Source: a virus
Strand: one strand, 5' to 3'
Virus record (IMG/VR): IMGVR_UViG_3300012953_000001
Span: 96,001 to 160,000 of that record
DNA: 64,000 nucleotides
Under the pieces are notes generated by a model, which searched no databases, was not told where the DNA came from, and worked only from the letters and a program-made list of their open reading frames with translations. Position 1 is the stretch's first letter; each line of letters opens with the position of its first letter. The position numbers and the translations under genes were made by a program. Shown here in pieces: positions 20,401 to 28,916 of the stretch.

Positions 20401-21101
20401 GCCTGACTAAGAAAGTCATTACACCCATGAAACTTCTTTTTAGCATCAGGAGAGTAACAACCGGTCGCTGCCTCAAGTACGGAAAAGATACCACCCATTA
20501 ACCCTGGGACATTGGGCATCGCTGAGGGCTTTGCCTGTAGTAATTTAATCAGGTCCCCAGAGCTATCAACCTTACTCTTTCCTCTGTAAAGCTGAGTCGC
20601 GCCCGAGAACACTGCTGTCTTATAGGAGTTGAACACGCTGGAACGCTTCTTACCCCAGTAGACTCGACAGTTGTCCCAGTAGGATGTGTGGTCTTGGCAT
20701 GCCAGTATGATGTCGCGTCGGCCACCTATCTTTGAAAAAGAGTAGCCCATGACTTCACCGACAAATAGCAACTTCCAGTTGTGCCAGTTGTCCTTATCTC
20801 GCAACAGGGTGGCGACACCCTTTTCCTTCGCCTTAGCGAGGTCTTCACCAGACTCTTGCCAATTAGTTTTTGTGGCATCTTTGCCTCGATAAGTACCAAG
20901 CTCCCAGCGAGAATCGAAGTAGAACACATGCACAAGCGTTCTTGGGAGTAAACTATGTACCTCATCACAGCTAGGAATAGTAATCGTAGCTGTGGCAGGC
21001 TGATTCACCCCACACGAGAGCTTCAAAGAGGTAACATCTACCTCAATACCCTCCATAAACAAGCGGACATCTAGCCGCCTTGCGTGTGTAGTTGACTCCA
21101 T
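17496..21101 (-). CDS. Baseplate hub-like protein (gp27/late-control-D-like), 1201 aa
   Basis: N-terminal LDVRLFMEGIEVDVTSLKLSCGVNQPATATITIP...LLFVGEV...IILACQD; later YSPQLVPGMPCLVLD...YVGQIAEIVHTI. Confidence 0.65.
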   Translation of the reverse strand: MESTTHARRLDVRLFMEGIEVDVTSLKLSCGVNQPATATITIPSCDEVHSLLPRTLVHVFYFDSRWELGTYRGKDATKTNWQESGEDLAKAKEKGVATLLRDKDNWHNWKLLFVGEVMGYSFSKIGGRRDIILACQDHTSYWDNCRVYWGKKRSSVFNSYKTAVFSGATQLYRGKSKVDSSGDLIKLLQAKPSAMPNVPGLMGGIFSVLEAATGCYSPDAKKKFHGCNDFLSQAEIRLKLTRQIGASTDDDTSATFTNSKSFKRYLRKVSKQVKYTATFMQFINMLCGKIYHTWHSQLAPPYFSDSAVITTEYVLSGKAKFTHNGKLSADEKAAKKTYSLGNKQTSDALKDRRTIDRKPGESSQIANDTYKRAEDGKLRSDKHKEFDETNTGTGIMSNPGGLSGTDRTDITDITKDPYFLKGQAIKVELNEKAATTGDKTLRKRGDRIQQAYKCLAEARIRASQLLGAQAAHGNDYAAVNKNMAKLKHDSDNLFYIRRKLECYLKGIGSATGRTVVPKREQVKLRDRLYTTYFHPDVYMCPPPRCNVLFPDHIQAIRFSRNWMSEITRLWLHGKTSSGRNKKDCYFSPNAEMLAGPTVTDCAQAVKKGGGFVMKHEKYTGIIPSIMGLGDGDVFKKMHKKEMKEAKKKWKEEKGSLQGFDKGSVSGEAKFSPQPHLQRAANYMFFAQRYGTRTMAITARYSPQLVPGMPCLVLDPVRQDSRILHAVGGEGDNKDKIRGKDTVNLSAPPKGTHYVGQIAEIVHTIDVSGGAQTLIQLIKVRGHREDAGLFGDTKDGKITTERSYTRHGKKPVTPKDGKPHTAFITNTNPDVPGGVVIQSSPDAANRVLGPNEYKKGRRYLIKARKTGSNYNFSNKAPQGDDNAGTRVLLGADGKPNASAIDGSGYNAVEVDVYRYVSYPAVGKVSFTFESTLMPPWLSPIYHPGSIGTKYYMPMYGCESVLDNPPIMFRPGADKPKPVTRSVTTGAEISGNESGIATVSVPFKMPDSGIDRGGGVEYTELRIPEDLTQAAKTTEAAADQLADTWLALKEIGAATDLFIDGYIDRKYANMVEVMGNMNPGFAPKVYDQQAFVDDDYRQGIPTRGFHGDAFGPYTQMNDWEGKEIVPTILPVLAKDPMNPRDLDKDIDPRWHRYNRVRKYLAGLRKQGFRDVGGSLVEEMDDDAGEKKRAELKGYDHKPPKSSE

Positions 21102-21505
21102 TAATCTGTCGGGCCTTGTTGAGCGTGGTCAAAAGTCGGTGCTTTACCGCGTAGTCTAGTAGGTACTCGCTTCTCTCTATGGCCTTTCGGCTCCTCTGGA
21201 AGCTTTGGTGGTTCGGCCATCGTTGGTTGATGGACTCCCATGTCGCTCAAAAGGTACTTTAGGGTCACCTGCTGTAAGCTAAGAGTGTGCTCTAGGTTAT
21301 CCATCCTCTTAGCATTATCATCAACATCCTCACTAATTTTATCTAGTGTGTCCGCCAGAGCCCGGTAGCTCCGCTTGTTCATCTGTTTGCTTTCGACGAC
21401 AGCGCCATGATTTACGGAGTACCTATTTATCAAAGACGTACCTAAACCGGATAGCCCGGTAATAAGTGCTACGATTACTGCTGATGTTGTTCTATCGATC
21501 TTCAT
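21101..21505 (-). CDS. Membrane-anchored coiled-coil protein (possible holin/spanin-like)
   Basis: Start reassigned to ATG 21505 (RBS ggagaggg); TM-like SAVIVALITGLSGLGTSLI then heptads. Confidence 0.5.
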   Translation of the reverse strand: MKIDRTTSAVIVALITGLSGLGTSLINRYSVNHGAVVESKQMNKRSYRALADTLDKISEDVDDNAKRMDNLEHTLSLQQVTLKYLLSDMGVHQPTMAEPPKLPEEPKGHREKRVPTRLRGKAPTFDHAQQGPTD

Positions 21506-21518
21506 TATACCCTCTCCC

Positions 21519-23381
21519 CTAGAAGTCCGTAATCGGACTACTGCCAGCATCAAAGCTGCCAGCCTCGTATTGTCCCCAGGTATTATTTGAATCTGTTACG
21601 AATGAGGAGCCGGTTTGAGCGCCAGTAGCAGCGTCGTACCCACTAGTTGCGCCAAGTCCAAGTACCTGCGTGGTGCCTAGCCCCTCGTTCCCATACTGGA
21701 TTACATCTTCTAGTGGCTTCATCTGCACAAGAGTCGCTGCTCCAGGCACAGCCTTGCTATATGCGGTCTCTCTTGTATCGTCACCGAGTCTGCCTGCACC
21801 TATAGAAAAGGCCATCGCGCCAAGCATTCTATCGATACTTCCAGACATGAAAGCTTCGCTCATGTTCTCCCCAAAGCCAGCAGGGGCACCAATCCAGTTT
21901 GGGTTGTTCTGCGTAGACCCTGGTCCGCCAGAACCCTGAGTCCCCCCGCCCATGGCCTGCATCTCTGCTGGTGATCTTTGCCCTGGCGCGTATCCTGAGG
22001 TATCTGTACCGGCACGACTTTTGACAGATATCCGGTCAACTACATTAGCGATAAATCCGAACCAAGCGTTGATCTCTCCACGCTGGACGCCCATGCCTTT
22101 CTCCGCTTCACCAATTCCAGCCTTGGCCCAAAACTTGAGACTATTATAGGCAAATTGGCGACCCCAATTAGTTAAAAACTGGTTGCCGATAGAGTCGCTC
22201 ACAGCATAACTAAGCAACCCTTTGCCCATACCGTCGATAAGGTCTGATAAAGCCGCCCCTGTAAACCTAGAAAAGGCTTGGGCTGTTTCACTGTCGCCTG
22301 CCCACGCACTCATTGCTCTATTAACAGCACCACCAGCCTGGGTTGCTCCGTAAGGACCAATGTACTCCAGTCCATGATTACTTCTAAAGAACTGCGCCAA
22401 GTCATCCGTCTTACCTGCTGACCCTGGTCCGCCAGTGTACCCGCCACGAATTCTGGAAATACGCGCTCTCTGCTGAGCCATGAAGCCTGATTGGGCGGAA
22501 GTGTTGATGTAGTTAGTCACATAGAACGTAAACTGGAAGGTCATGGCGTTCGGACTATCAGCGGTCTCAGCCGCTGCTGCGTTGATTGGGTATCCCTCAA
22601 CAACAATATCTTCCCAGCCAATGTACATTCTAGCGCCTAGCTCAATGAGCTTCGTGGCGCGAAAATATCGATCCCAGTTCTCCCAAAAAACTGCTCGCCA
22701 GTTGTAATCCAAGCTGTTCAACAGCAAACCTTGGAATTGCAAAGCTCTAGGTCTTTCACCAAAAGCATACAAGTAGGTATCGCCAAAGGTCTCTACTACC
22801 TGGGTTCTTTCCATGCGCTGCTCTCGGACTGATTGCAAAATCCAGTCTGTCCAGGCAGCTTTATTAGGAGGGTTTTTGGGTTGATCTGGTTTATCTTCTT
22901 TTGGGGGTGTGGAACCAAAGCTTAGGTTAGGCACGGGGATATCTGGGATTGCTATCCCGGTAGCAGGCCCTTTTAAGTATGTACCACCGCCAGCACCAGT
23001 CACAACGTCTTCTAGCTTTTGTTGTGTGTACTTCTCATCCTTGTCTCCGTACTTCCCGCTTCCATACTGCCCTGACAGGGATAGCTGCTCTTCTGACTTG
23101 CCTAATCCCACCCCTAACTGATTGAAAAGATAGACCGGGGTGCCGTTCTCTCTAAGTACTTGTACAAATGCATGTGTGTTGGGCTTAACTGACATCCCAT
23201 TAACGGGCCTACTTACTGTAGCAATATCGTTAAGGTCCCAACCACGGGCAGTAGCTGCTTCTGCTTGGGCTTTTAATGTGTCTTTACTAGACTGCCCATA
23301 CTGAGGGATGTACGCAGACACCGTATTGGCAGTCCCAATAAACGCGTCGGGTTCAATTAAAACTAACGGTGTCTTCGACAT
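21519..23381 (-). CDS. Tail tube initiator/baseplate cap-like protein
   Basis: WILQSVREQRMERTQVVETFGDTYLYAFGERPRALQFQGLL...MTFQFTFYVTNY tube-like fold pattern; upstream of the hub gene. Confidence 0.55.
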   Translation of the reverse strand: MSKTPLVLIEPDAFIGTANTVSAYIPQYGQSSKDTLKAQAEAATARGWDLNDIATVSRPVNGMSVKPNTHAFVQVLRENGTPVYLFNQLGVGLGKSEEQLSLSGQYGSGKYGDKDEKYTQQKLEDVVTGAGGGTYLKGPATGIAIPDIPVPNLSFGSTPPKEDKPDQPKNPPNKAAWTDWILQSVREQRMERTQVVETFGDTYLYAFGERPRALQFQGLLLNSLDYNWRAVFWENWDRYFRATKLIELGARMYIGWEDIVVEGYPINAAAAETADSPNAMTFQFTFYVTNYINTSAQSGFMAQQRARISRIRGGYTGGPGSAGKTDDLAQFFRSNHGLEYIGPYGATQAGGAVNRAMSAWAGDSETAQAFSRFTGAALSDLIDGMGKGLLSYAVSDSIGNQFLTNWGRQFAYNSLKFWAKAGIGEAEKGMGVQRGEINAWFGFIANVVDRISVKSRAGTDTSGYAPGQRSPAEMQAMGGGTQGSGGPGSTQNNPNWIGAPAGFGENMSEAFMSGSIDRMLGAMAFSIGAGRLGDDTRETAYSKAVPGAATLVQMKPLEDVIQYGNEGLGTTQVLGLGATSGYDAATGAQTGSSFVTDSNNTWGQYEAGSFDAGSSPITDF

Positions 23382-23384
23382 TAT

Positions 23385-23597
23385 TTACTCCTCAGAAGTA
23401 AGCTGCATCGCCCTAAAAGCAGACCCACCTAACGATGGTCCGTCTTTGCCAAACGTATCACTGGTAATATTATCAACCGGCTCTACGGCTTGGGATACTT
23501 CCTCAGGAATATATTGTTGGTTGCGTTGGATCCCTACGCCGCCCTGAATATTTTCCATCTCATCTCGCATAGCGATGAGAGTTTTTAGATCAAGCAT
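23385..23597 (-). CDS. Small hypothetical protein
   Basis: MLDLKTLIAMRDEMENI resembles the MNVSILRSMRDELEKIA start of 26016..26810. Confidence 0.55.
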   Translation of the reverse strand: MLDLKTLIAMRDEMENIQGGVGIQRNQQYIPEEVSQAVEPVDNITSDTFGKDGPSLGGSAFRAMQLTSEE

Positions 23598-23598
23598 A

Positions 23599-23703
23599 TC
23601 AGTTTCCGACTGTTACAAGCACAAGCATGATTGCGGCGTGTACTGAATAAGACATAAAAAGGAACTTATAGAACAGCACATCGTCTGAGCGTCTTCGGTT
23701 CAT
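23599..23703 (-). CDS. Unannotated 34-aa membrane peptide
   Basis: MNRRRSDDVLFYKFLFMSYSVHAAIMLVLVTVGN*; fills the gap between 23711 and 23597 (7-nt and 1-nt spacers). Confidence 0.5.
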   Translation of the reverse strand: MNRRRSDDVLFYKFLFMSYSVHAAIMLVLVTVGN

Positions 23704-23710
23704 AATAAAG

Positions 23711-25132
23711 TCATGTTTTGAGACCATACCTATCTCCTGCATCATAATTATCGGGCACAGCGATACCGACCTCTTTCATCCTCGATTCAATCGCAGACGT
23801 AGCGGTCGAGCGCCCTTTGTTAAAGTGCTCATTCTCATGAGCGTACGCTAAAAGTTCATCAAGCTCTCCCCTGCCTAGTGCTTCTGTTAGCTCAGAAACA
23901 GTGGAGCCTGCTAACTCAGTCAACTTGATTCGCTGTTCGGTCGAAGGGGTCGTAACCTCTTCCGGGGCTACCTTATTAAGAGAGCCGCCCAAACGCGAAA
24001 AATTTCGAAGTAACGCTTTTTGAGCCGAAGCAGCCGTTGAAGCAAGGTCTGCGAGTTTCTCAGCTGTGGTCGTTTCTTCTTCAGACGCAGAAGACCTAAT
24101 AGCCTCAAGATCCGCTGCTCTCTTGGCACGAGCCTCCTCAGCCTGGGCAACGTATGAGGCATTGTATGCCTCAGCGAACTTTGCTGACGCGACTTCAACC
24201 GTATCGGAACTATCCCAATCATCTCCTACCGCTGCGGCCATAAGGGCCACGCGACCAGCGGGAAGCGCCTCAGCTACCGTACTAACAGTAGTGGTGCGTT
24301 CTTCCGCTTCCGATGGCAGAGTTATCTCCCTAGGTTGGAATCCAAAAGGTGGTATGGGGGTGTTTATAATACCCTCCGCACCAAAGGACCTAAGAGTCTT
24401 TCCTGTGGAAGCTGGTTTGGCGAACCGATCACTACCGCCCGGAGTTGCCATCCTCTCAATCCTAGCAGGAGGCTCAAACCCAGCAGCGGAAAAAGCGGCA
24501 CCGCGCCTTTTGGTACTGAGATCCAAGAAGTCCTGGTACTGCGACCAGTTGATTCCTAATCTGCTTTCGATGTTCTCCGCCGTAAGAGACCCTTTGTCTA
24601 AAGCCTTAGCCATCCCAGTGGTCTCTGGGCCAAAGCCTTGAGAAGCAAGGTGCGCTTGTACCTCAGGGATAAGTTGTAGGGCAGGCGCTCTACCAAAGAC
24701 TAAAAACCTGTACCCGTTGGCATCAAGCTCTCCTGCATCACGCATAGTTGCGGCAACCACCGCAGTCATCTCGCGGCCACCAAGAGCTTCCCGCGCATCA
24801 TCGACACCGCTGTAAGTGTCCGGGTCATTTAGTACTGCTAATGCAGTTATGCGCTCAGCCTGGAATCCGGTCTCCAGCTTTGCGGCAAGGCCTTCATCAG
24901 ACTCAGATAACGTCAGTATCGTAGATACAATGCTGGACTCAAGCTCTAAACCAGAGACTTCATAGGCCGATGCAATAGCTGCTGCGTTCGGTGATGTGGA
25001 CTCCGAGATAAGCGACGTGAACACCTCAGAGGCGTAAGTCAACCTCGATTCCGTCGTCAAGGTGTCACCCACTGCCGTAGCCACGGAAACTAAATTCGCA
25101 GCACTGGATACTGCACCTTCATCAATCGCCAT
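23711..25132 (-). CDS. Hypothetical acidic Ala-rich protein
   Basis: 473-aa ORF with ggagg RBS. Confidence 0.65.
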   Translation of the reverse strand: MAIDEGAVSSAANLVSVATAVGDTLTTESRLTYASEVFTSLISESTSPNAAAIASAYEVSGLELESSIVSTILTLSESDEGLAAKLETGFQAERITALAVLNDPDTYSGVDDAREALGGREMTAVVAATMRDAGELDANGYRFLVFGRAPALQLIPEVQAHLASQGFGPETTGMAKALDKGSLTAENIESRLGINWSQYQDFLDLSTKRRGAAFSAAGFEPPARIERMATPGGSDRFAKPASTGKTLRSFGAEGIINTPIPPFGFQPREITLPSEAEERTTTVSTVAEALPAGRVALMAAAVGDDWDSSDTVEVASAKFAEAYNASYVAQAEEARAKRAADLEAIRSSASEEETTTAEKLADLASTAASAQKALLRNFSRLGGSLNKVAPEEVTTPSTEQRIKLTELAGSTVSELTEALGRGELDELLAYAHENEHFNKGRSTATSAIESRMKEVGIAVPDNYDAGDRYGLKT

Positions 25133-25153
25133 CTCTTTGTCCTCCGATAGTTA

Positions 25154-25336
25154 CTAAGCGTTACGCTCTTCCTGAACCTGCTTACGCAACTCTTTGCACT
25201 TAGTCGCAACCGTTTGTAGGACTTTTCGCACTCTTCCGCCAGCAGCATTGTTACCGTCTCCATGCTTGTTGGCATCAACAAGGGATTCGGCTAATACATG
25301 AATCATGTCTTCCATCTGTTTTTCTACGCTCTTCAT
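25154..25336 (-). CDS. Histone H1-like protein Hc1-family nucleoid protein
   Basis: GNNAAGGRVRKVLQTVATKCKELRKQVQE resembles the Hc1 GNKAAGxRxRK signature. Confidence 0.65.
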   Translation of the reverse strand: MKSVEKQMEDMIHVLAESLVDANKHGDGNNAAGGRVRKVLQTVATKCKELRKQVQEERNA

Positions 25337-25337
25337 A

Positions 25338-26006
25338 CTATCCTCCTATTTTCGTGTTAGGCATTCGAGCAAAACCAATTAACCTAGTTTCTCTATCAAG
25401 ATCGTGGGTTAATCGTTTTACGTGGGAGGGAAATCTCCCAACGTTTCCTTCTATTGTTTCTATCACACCGTGCTGATAATTCTCAATAATTCCAATGTGG
25501 CCTTGCCAAGACCCAGGCTTTCCTCGATCCCAGCATACGATATCGCCTGCTGCTGGTATCGTTACCTCAGACCCCGCTTCTTTGATATACTTGTACAGCG
25601 CTTTCGCTCCGTGACTAGTTTTGAAGGGAAGGTCAACGCCGAGACTATCCGCTGCAACCATACAGCAGTAACTAACGAAACTAGCACACCAAGCACCATC
25701 ATCATCAGGATTGCCGTCGTCAGGAATTCCTTTATAGCGAGCGATATGCTCCCCAGAGTTGTTACCACCAATTTCACCATTGCCGATCTCCTTGATAGCT
25801 GTTTCTAAAGCCATGAGACCGAGATTACTTGTGGGACCACTATTACCAAACATATCTAATAATAATGACTGCTGGGTTTGTGGGCCGCAGTAACCATCAA
25901 CAGACAAGCCCTTGCTTTCCTGCCAATGTTTAACGAGATGCATTATCTGCTCTTGGGTAAACAGCCCAAGCTCGATTTGGTGTTTATTATATGATTCTGC
26001 GCTCAT
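25338..26006 (-). CDS. Lysin: peptidoglycan-binding domain plus CHAP domain
   Basis: LSVDGYCGPQT (PG_binding_1); WCASFVSYC, PAAGDIVCW, GHIGII, IETIEGN (CHAP). Confidence 0.8.
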   Translation of the reverse strand: MSAESYNKHQIELGLFTQEQIMHLVKHWQESKGLSVDGYCGPQTQQSLLLDMFGNSGPTSNLGLMALETAIKEIGNGEIGGNNSGEHIARYKGIPDDGNPDDDGAWCASFVSYCCMVAADSLGVDLPFKTSHGAKALYKYIKEAGSEVTIPAAGDIVCWDRGKPGSWQGHIGIIENYQHGVIETIEGNVGRFPSHVKRLTHDLDRETRLIGFARMPNTKIGG

Positions 26007-26015
26007 ACGTATCCT

Positions 26016-26810
26016 TTAAAAATTCATCCTGAATAAGTTGCCCTGCCCAGTGGGGCTAAATGGCAATACGCCTGTATTCTTTTGTCCAAAAGGGTTGAAC
26101 TTTTGTCCAGCCCTAGGGGCTCTTGGAGTAGCCGGTGGCTTAGCCGGTCTTGTGATGCCTGAATTTGGGTACATGGGCGTTCTCGCCCTCATCAAACTGT
26201 TTGGCCCTGCGGCACTAGTCGCATTGGGTGACGGGGGCGTAGGCATCTTGGGGATCTTCAGCTTTAGCTTCGAGACAAGCGAAAGATTTTTACTCCAAGG
26301 GTGGGGTCCAGCCCTTACCGGAGTATGCGTTGGTCCCGTTGGTCTATTGAGTACGTTTGGTGCTGACTTACCTACCACTCTAGTTGGTTGACTGTATCCC
26401 CCAGGGGTAGTCTTGGTCCCAGATAAGGGTGGGGAAAGCATGGAGCCCTGTAGCAACTCCCCAGGACCACGCATACCAACTGGTTTAGATGAGTCCATGT
26501 ACCTACTCTGCCTATTAGTAGCTACTGCTTTTGCTTTTTGGTGCTTAGCTTGGATCTTATTCTGGATCCCTGTCCCTAATGCACCACCCTTACTACCGTA
26601 ATTGCCTGGAGCTTTAGGCATGTCAAATGCTTTGCCTCCGGGATGCGGCTTAGGGTTCTTAGTGCCATCCTTTACCACAGGTCTTGGGCGAGCTTTTCTT
26701 GGGGAATACGCGACCTTCTCCAACAGACCGAGGACATAATTGTCCGCAATCTTGGCTACAGCTATTTTTTCAAGCTCATCCCGCATTGACCTAAGAATAG
26801 ACACGTTCAT
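26016..26810 (-). CDS. Basic Pro/Lys-rich protein with DELEKIA motif
   Basis: MRDELEKIAVAKIAD, LLEKVAY. Confidence 0.6.
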   Translation of the reverse strand: MNVSILRSMRDELEKIAVAKIADNYVLGLLEKVAYSPRKARPRPVVKDGTKNPKPHPGGKAFDMPKAPGNYGSKGGALGTGIQNKIQAKHQKAKAVATNRQSRYMDSSKPVGMRGPGELLQGSMLSPPLSGTKTTPGGYSQPTRVVGKSAPNVLNRPTGPTHTPVRAGPHPWSKNLSLVSKLKLKIPKMPTPPSPNATSAAGPNSLMRARTPMYPNSGITRPAKPPATPRAPRAGQKFNPFGQKNTGVLPFSPTGQGNLFRMNF

Positions 26811-26815
26811 TGCAA

Positions 26816-27733
26816 TTAACCCTTTTGCATTTTTCGGGCTAATTCAAGCAGTTTATCCTGAACACCCTTCTTACCGCCCAACTCACCACGAGTGCTTAGT
26901 GGAACCGAGATAGACCCGTCTCGCTTCATACGGTCAATCGCTTTATCTCCAAAGCGCTTTCTCCAAGCCTTCTCCATTGCGGGAGACAGCTTCGAAGCCG
27001 ATGTGTCTGGCATAAAGAACGCGCCCATTGGGTTTCTTTTGCCTCGCTTCGGTTGCATATTAATAATGTCTTTCGCCCCCATCATCTTATGCAGTCTTCG
27101 TCTACCAAAGAAGCCAAGGGTTGGAGTATCTTTAATGCCCTTCTTCAAGGCTGATACGGCTAACATCTGTGGCCCCATCCCCACTAATTTTGCCTTGAGC
27201 ATCGGGCTCAACGTGGACTCGCCCTTTCTAGCAGCCTTAGCCCCCAACGCAGCGGCAGCAACATTACCAGAAGCCCCAGAGAGATAAGTCGTGTAAGCCC
27301 ACAACAGATCCCTTCGCGCCTTCTTGTATGTTTTTGGTGCAATACCTTTGAGCTTCTTTAGAGCCTTAAGTCCATGGTACGTGGCCAAGAATTCTTCTGC
27401 CAGTCTGGGTGCTTCCCCTGCGGCTTGAACTGCGCCATCTTGAACCATGTGTTTTCGTAGTTCTTTCTTACTTGGGGCCTTTCCAACGCCACGAGAATAC
27501 CGACGATACTTGTTAATTAGTTGAGAGACCCCTGGGCCTGCTCCATAACCAAGCATCCGAAGCTTTCGAACAGTTTTGCTTGAGCCTCTTAACGTCTTTG
27601 CATGCCCAAGCTCATGTGCAAGGATAGATGCAGGCGCTCTATGAGGAGTGCCTTTTCGTACAAGAGTCTCTAGCCCTCTACCCATCATCTGTTTTAGTGC
27701 GCTCTTCGCAGCATACTTCTCTAATGCGTTCAT
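26816..27733 (-). CDS. Basic zinc-metallopeptidase-like protein with LEKYA leader
   Basis: MNALEKYAAK; ILAHELGHA (HExxH); distal EEFLATYHGLKAL as in neutral zinc peptidases. Confidence 0.6.
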   Translation of the reverse strand: MNALEKYAAKSALKQMMGRGLETLVRKGTPHRAPASILAHELGHAKTLRGSSKTVRKLRMLGYGAGPGVSQLINKYRRYSRGVGKAPSKKELRKHMVQDGAVQAAGEAPRLAEEFLATYHGLKALKKLKGIAPKTYKKARRDLLWAYTTYLSGASGNVAAAALGAKAARKGESTLSPMLKAKLVGMGPQMLAVSALKKGIKDTPTLGFFGRRRLHKMMGAKDIINMQPKRGKRNPMGAFFMPDTSASKLSPAMEKAWRKRFGDKAIDRMKRDGSISVPLSTRGELGGKKGVQDKLLELARKMQKG

Positions 27734-28281
27734 TAAAATGTCCCCTGTATATTACCGGTAAAGTAGGGTTTTCGTTGGTTCCGACCTGCTCCTACTGGCA
27801 ACCGCGCCCCAATATTACCACGAATATTCTTTGATAATCTTCCGCCCCAACCCATGTTTAAGGTGCTTGGTCGTCCACCCGACAAGGTGGTCCCAACGCT
27901 AAGTGGACCGGCTTTCACGCCTAAGTTAGTCATAGACTTCTTCGGCATTACATCTCGCCAAGTCATTCCGACCGGCGCTCCGCTTCTGGCTAAACTTCGA
28001 TTGATAGAGAGACGCTGCAAGTTATCAGTTGCGCCCTGACCCCTAGCCATAATGCCTTGTAATCCCTTAGTAGGTCTTTCCATTTTGCTAAGAGAGGTCA
28101 TCGGGTTGCTTGAATGAGAAGCTGTCACCTTAACGGGTGACTTAGAGTACGCCTTGCCAATCCCAGAAAGGGTGGCCCCAACAGACGAACTAACTGTTGG
28201 CTTAGCCAAAATCTTCTTAGCTATCTCGGCTAACTTGGTAGTTAGCTTTCGCTTGGACGCGTATTTCTCTAAGGCGTTCAC
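27733..28281 (-). CDS. Basic protein with LEKYA leader
   Basis: Start reassigned to GTG 28281 (VNALEKYASK), 2 nt after the upstream TAA. Confidence 0.55.
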   Translation of the reverse strand: MNALEKYASKRKLTTKLAEIAKKILAKPTVSSSVGATLSGIGKAYSKSPVKVTASHSSNPMTSLSKMERPTKGLQGIMARGQGATDNLQRLSINRSLARSGAPVGMTWRDVMPKKSMTNLGVKAGPLSVGTTLSGGRPSTLNMGWGGRLSKNIRGNIGARLPVGAGRNQRKPYFTGNIQGTF

Positions 28282-28283
28282 GG

Positions 28284-28916
28284 TTATGACCCCTTTACCC
28301 ATTTCTGGTTGTCTTTGTCTTTCGTCTTGCTTGGGCTCCACTTGACCTTATCCGCCCAATAAGCCGCACTCAAACGACCCTTGGAAATGTTCTTGCCGTG
28401 GCGGGACTTAAACGCCTTGCGTTGACCAGCGGTCTGGTTGGTCTTCACGCCCTGCTGCCCAAAGCGGATAGTCTTTACTTGGTCACCCTCTTTAGCAACA
28501 ACGATGTGAGACTTAGTAGGGTGATTAGGTGTGCGCTTAGGCTTGTTGTAGCCAGAAACACCAGCACGTTCTAGCCGTGGGTCTCTCGAAGCGGCAATCT
28601 TAGCCCAAGCCTTCTTGGTCTTCTCGTCTTTAGGGACCACTCTCTCACCCTTATGCACACGAGCGTATGGCTTGCCCTTCTTGTCGGTCAAATAGCCATC
28701 CTTCTTCACGGGTCCGCCCTTGGAATAACCAGCTAGTCCGCTACCCTTCATCATCCGTTGGGTGAAATTGGAGTTCCCCATCATGGCGATTTTCAGCTTG
28801 TCACTGACAGCCTGAAGACGTTCGGCTTGACTTTTATGCATCTTGGAAGCCCCGTGAAGTTCCTTAACAATCTTCTTGAGCTTCTTCTTAGCGGCATATT
28901 TCTCTAGCGATCTCAT
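28284..28916 (-). CDS. Basic protein with LEKYA leader and a conserved phage C-terminal domain (DUF6321-like, from recall)
   Basis: ATGA overlap gives MRSLEKYAAK; C-terminus KPKRTPNHPTKSHIVVAKEGDQVKTIRFGQQG...AYWADKVKW. Confidence 0.6.
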   Translation of the reverse strand: MRSLEKYAAKKKLKKIVKELHGASKMHKSQAERLQAVSDKLKIAMMGNSNFTQRMMKGSGLAGYSKGGPVKKDGYLTDKKGKPYARVHKGERVVPKDEKTKKAWAKIAASRDPRLERAGVSGYNKPKRTPNHPTKSHIVVAKEGDQVKTIRFGQQGVKTNQTAGQRKAFKSRHGKNISKGRLSAAYWADKVKWSPSKTKDKDNQKWVKGS

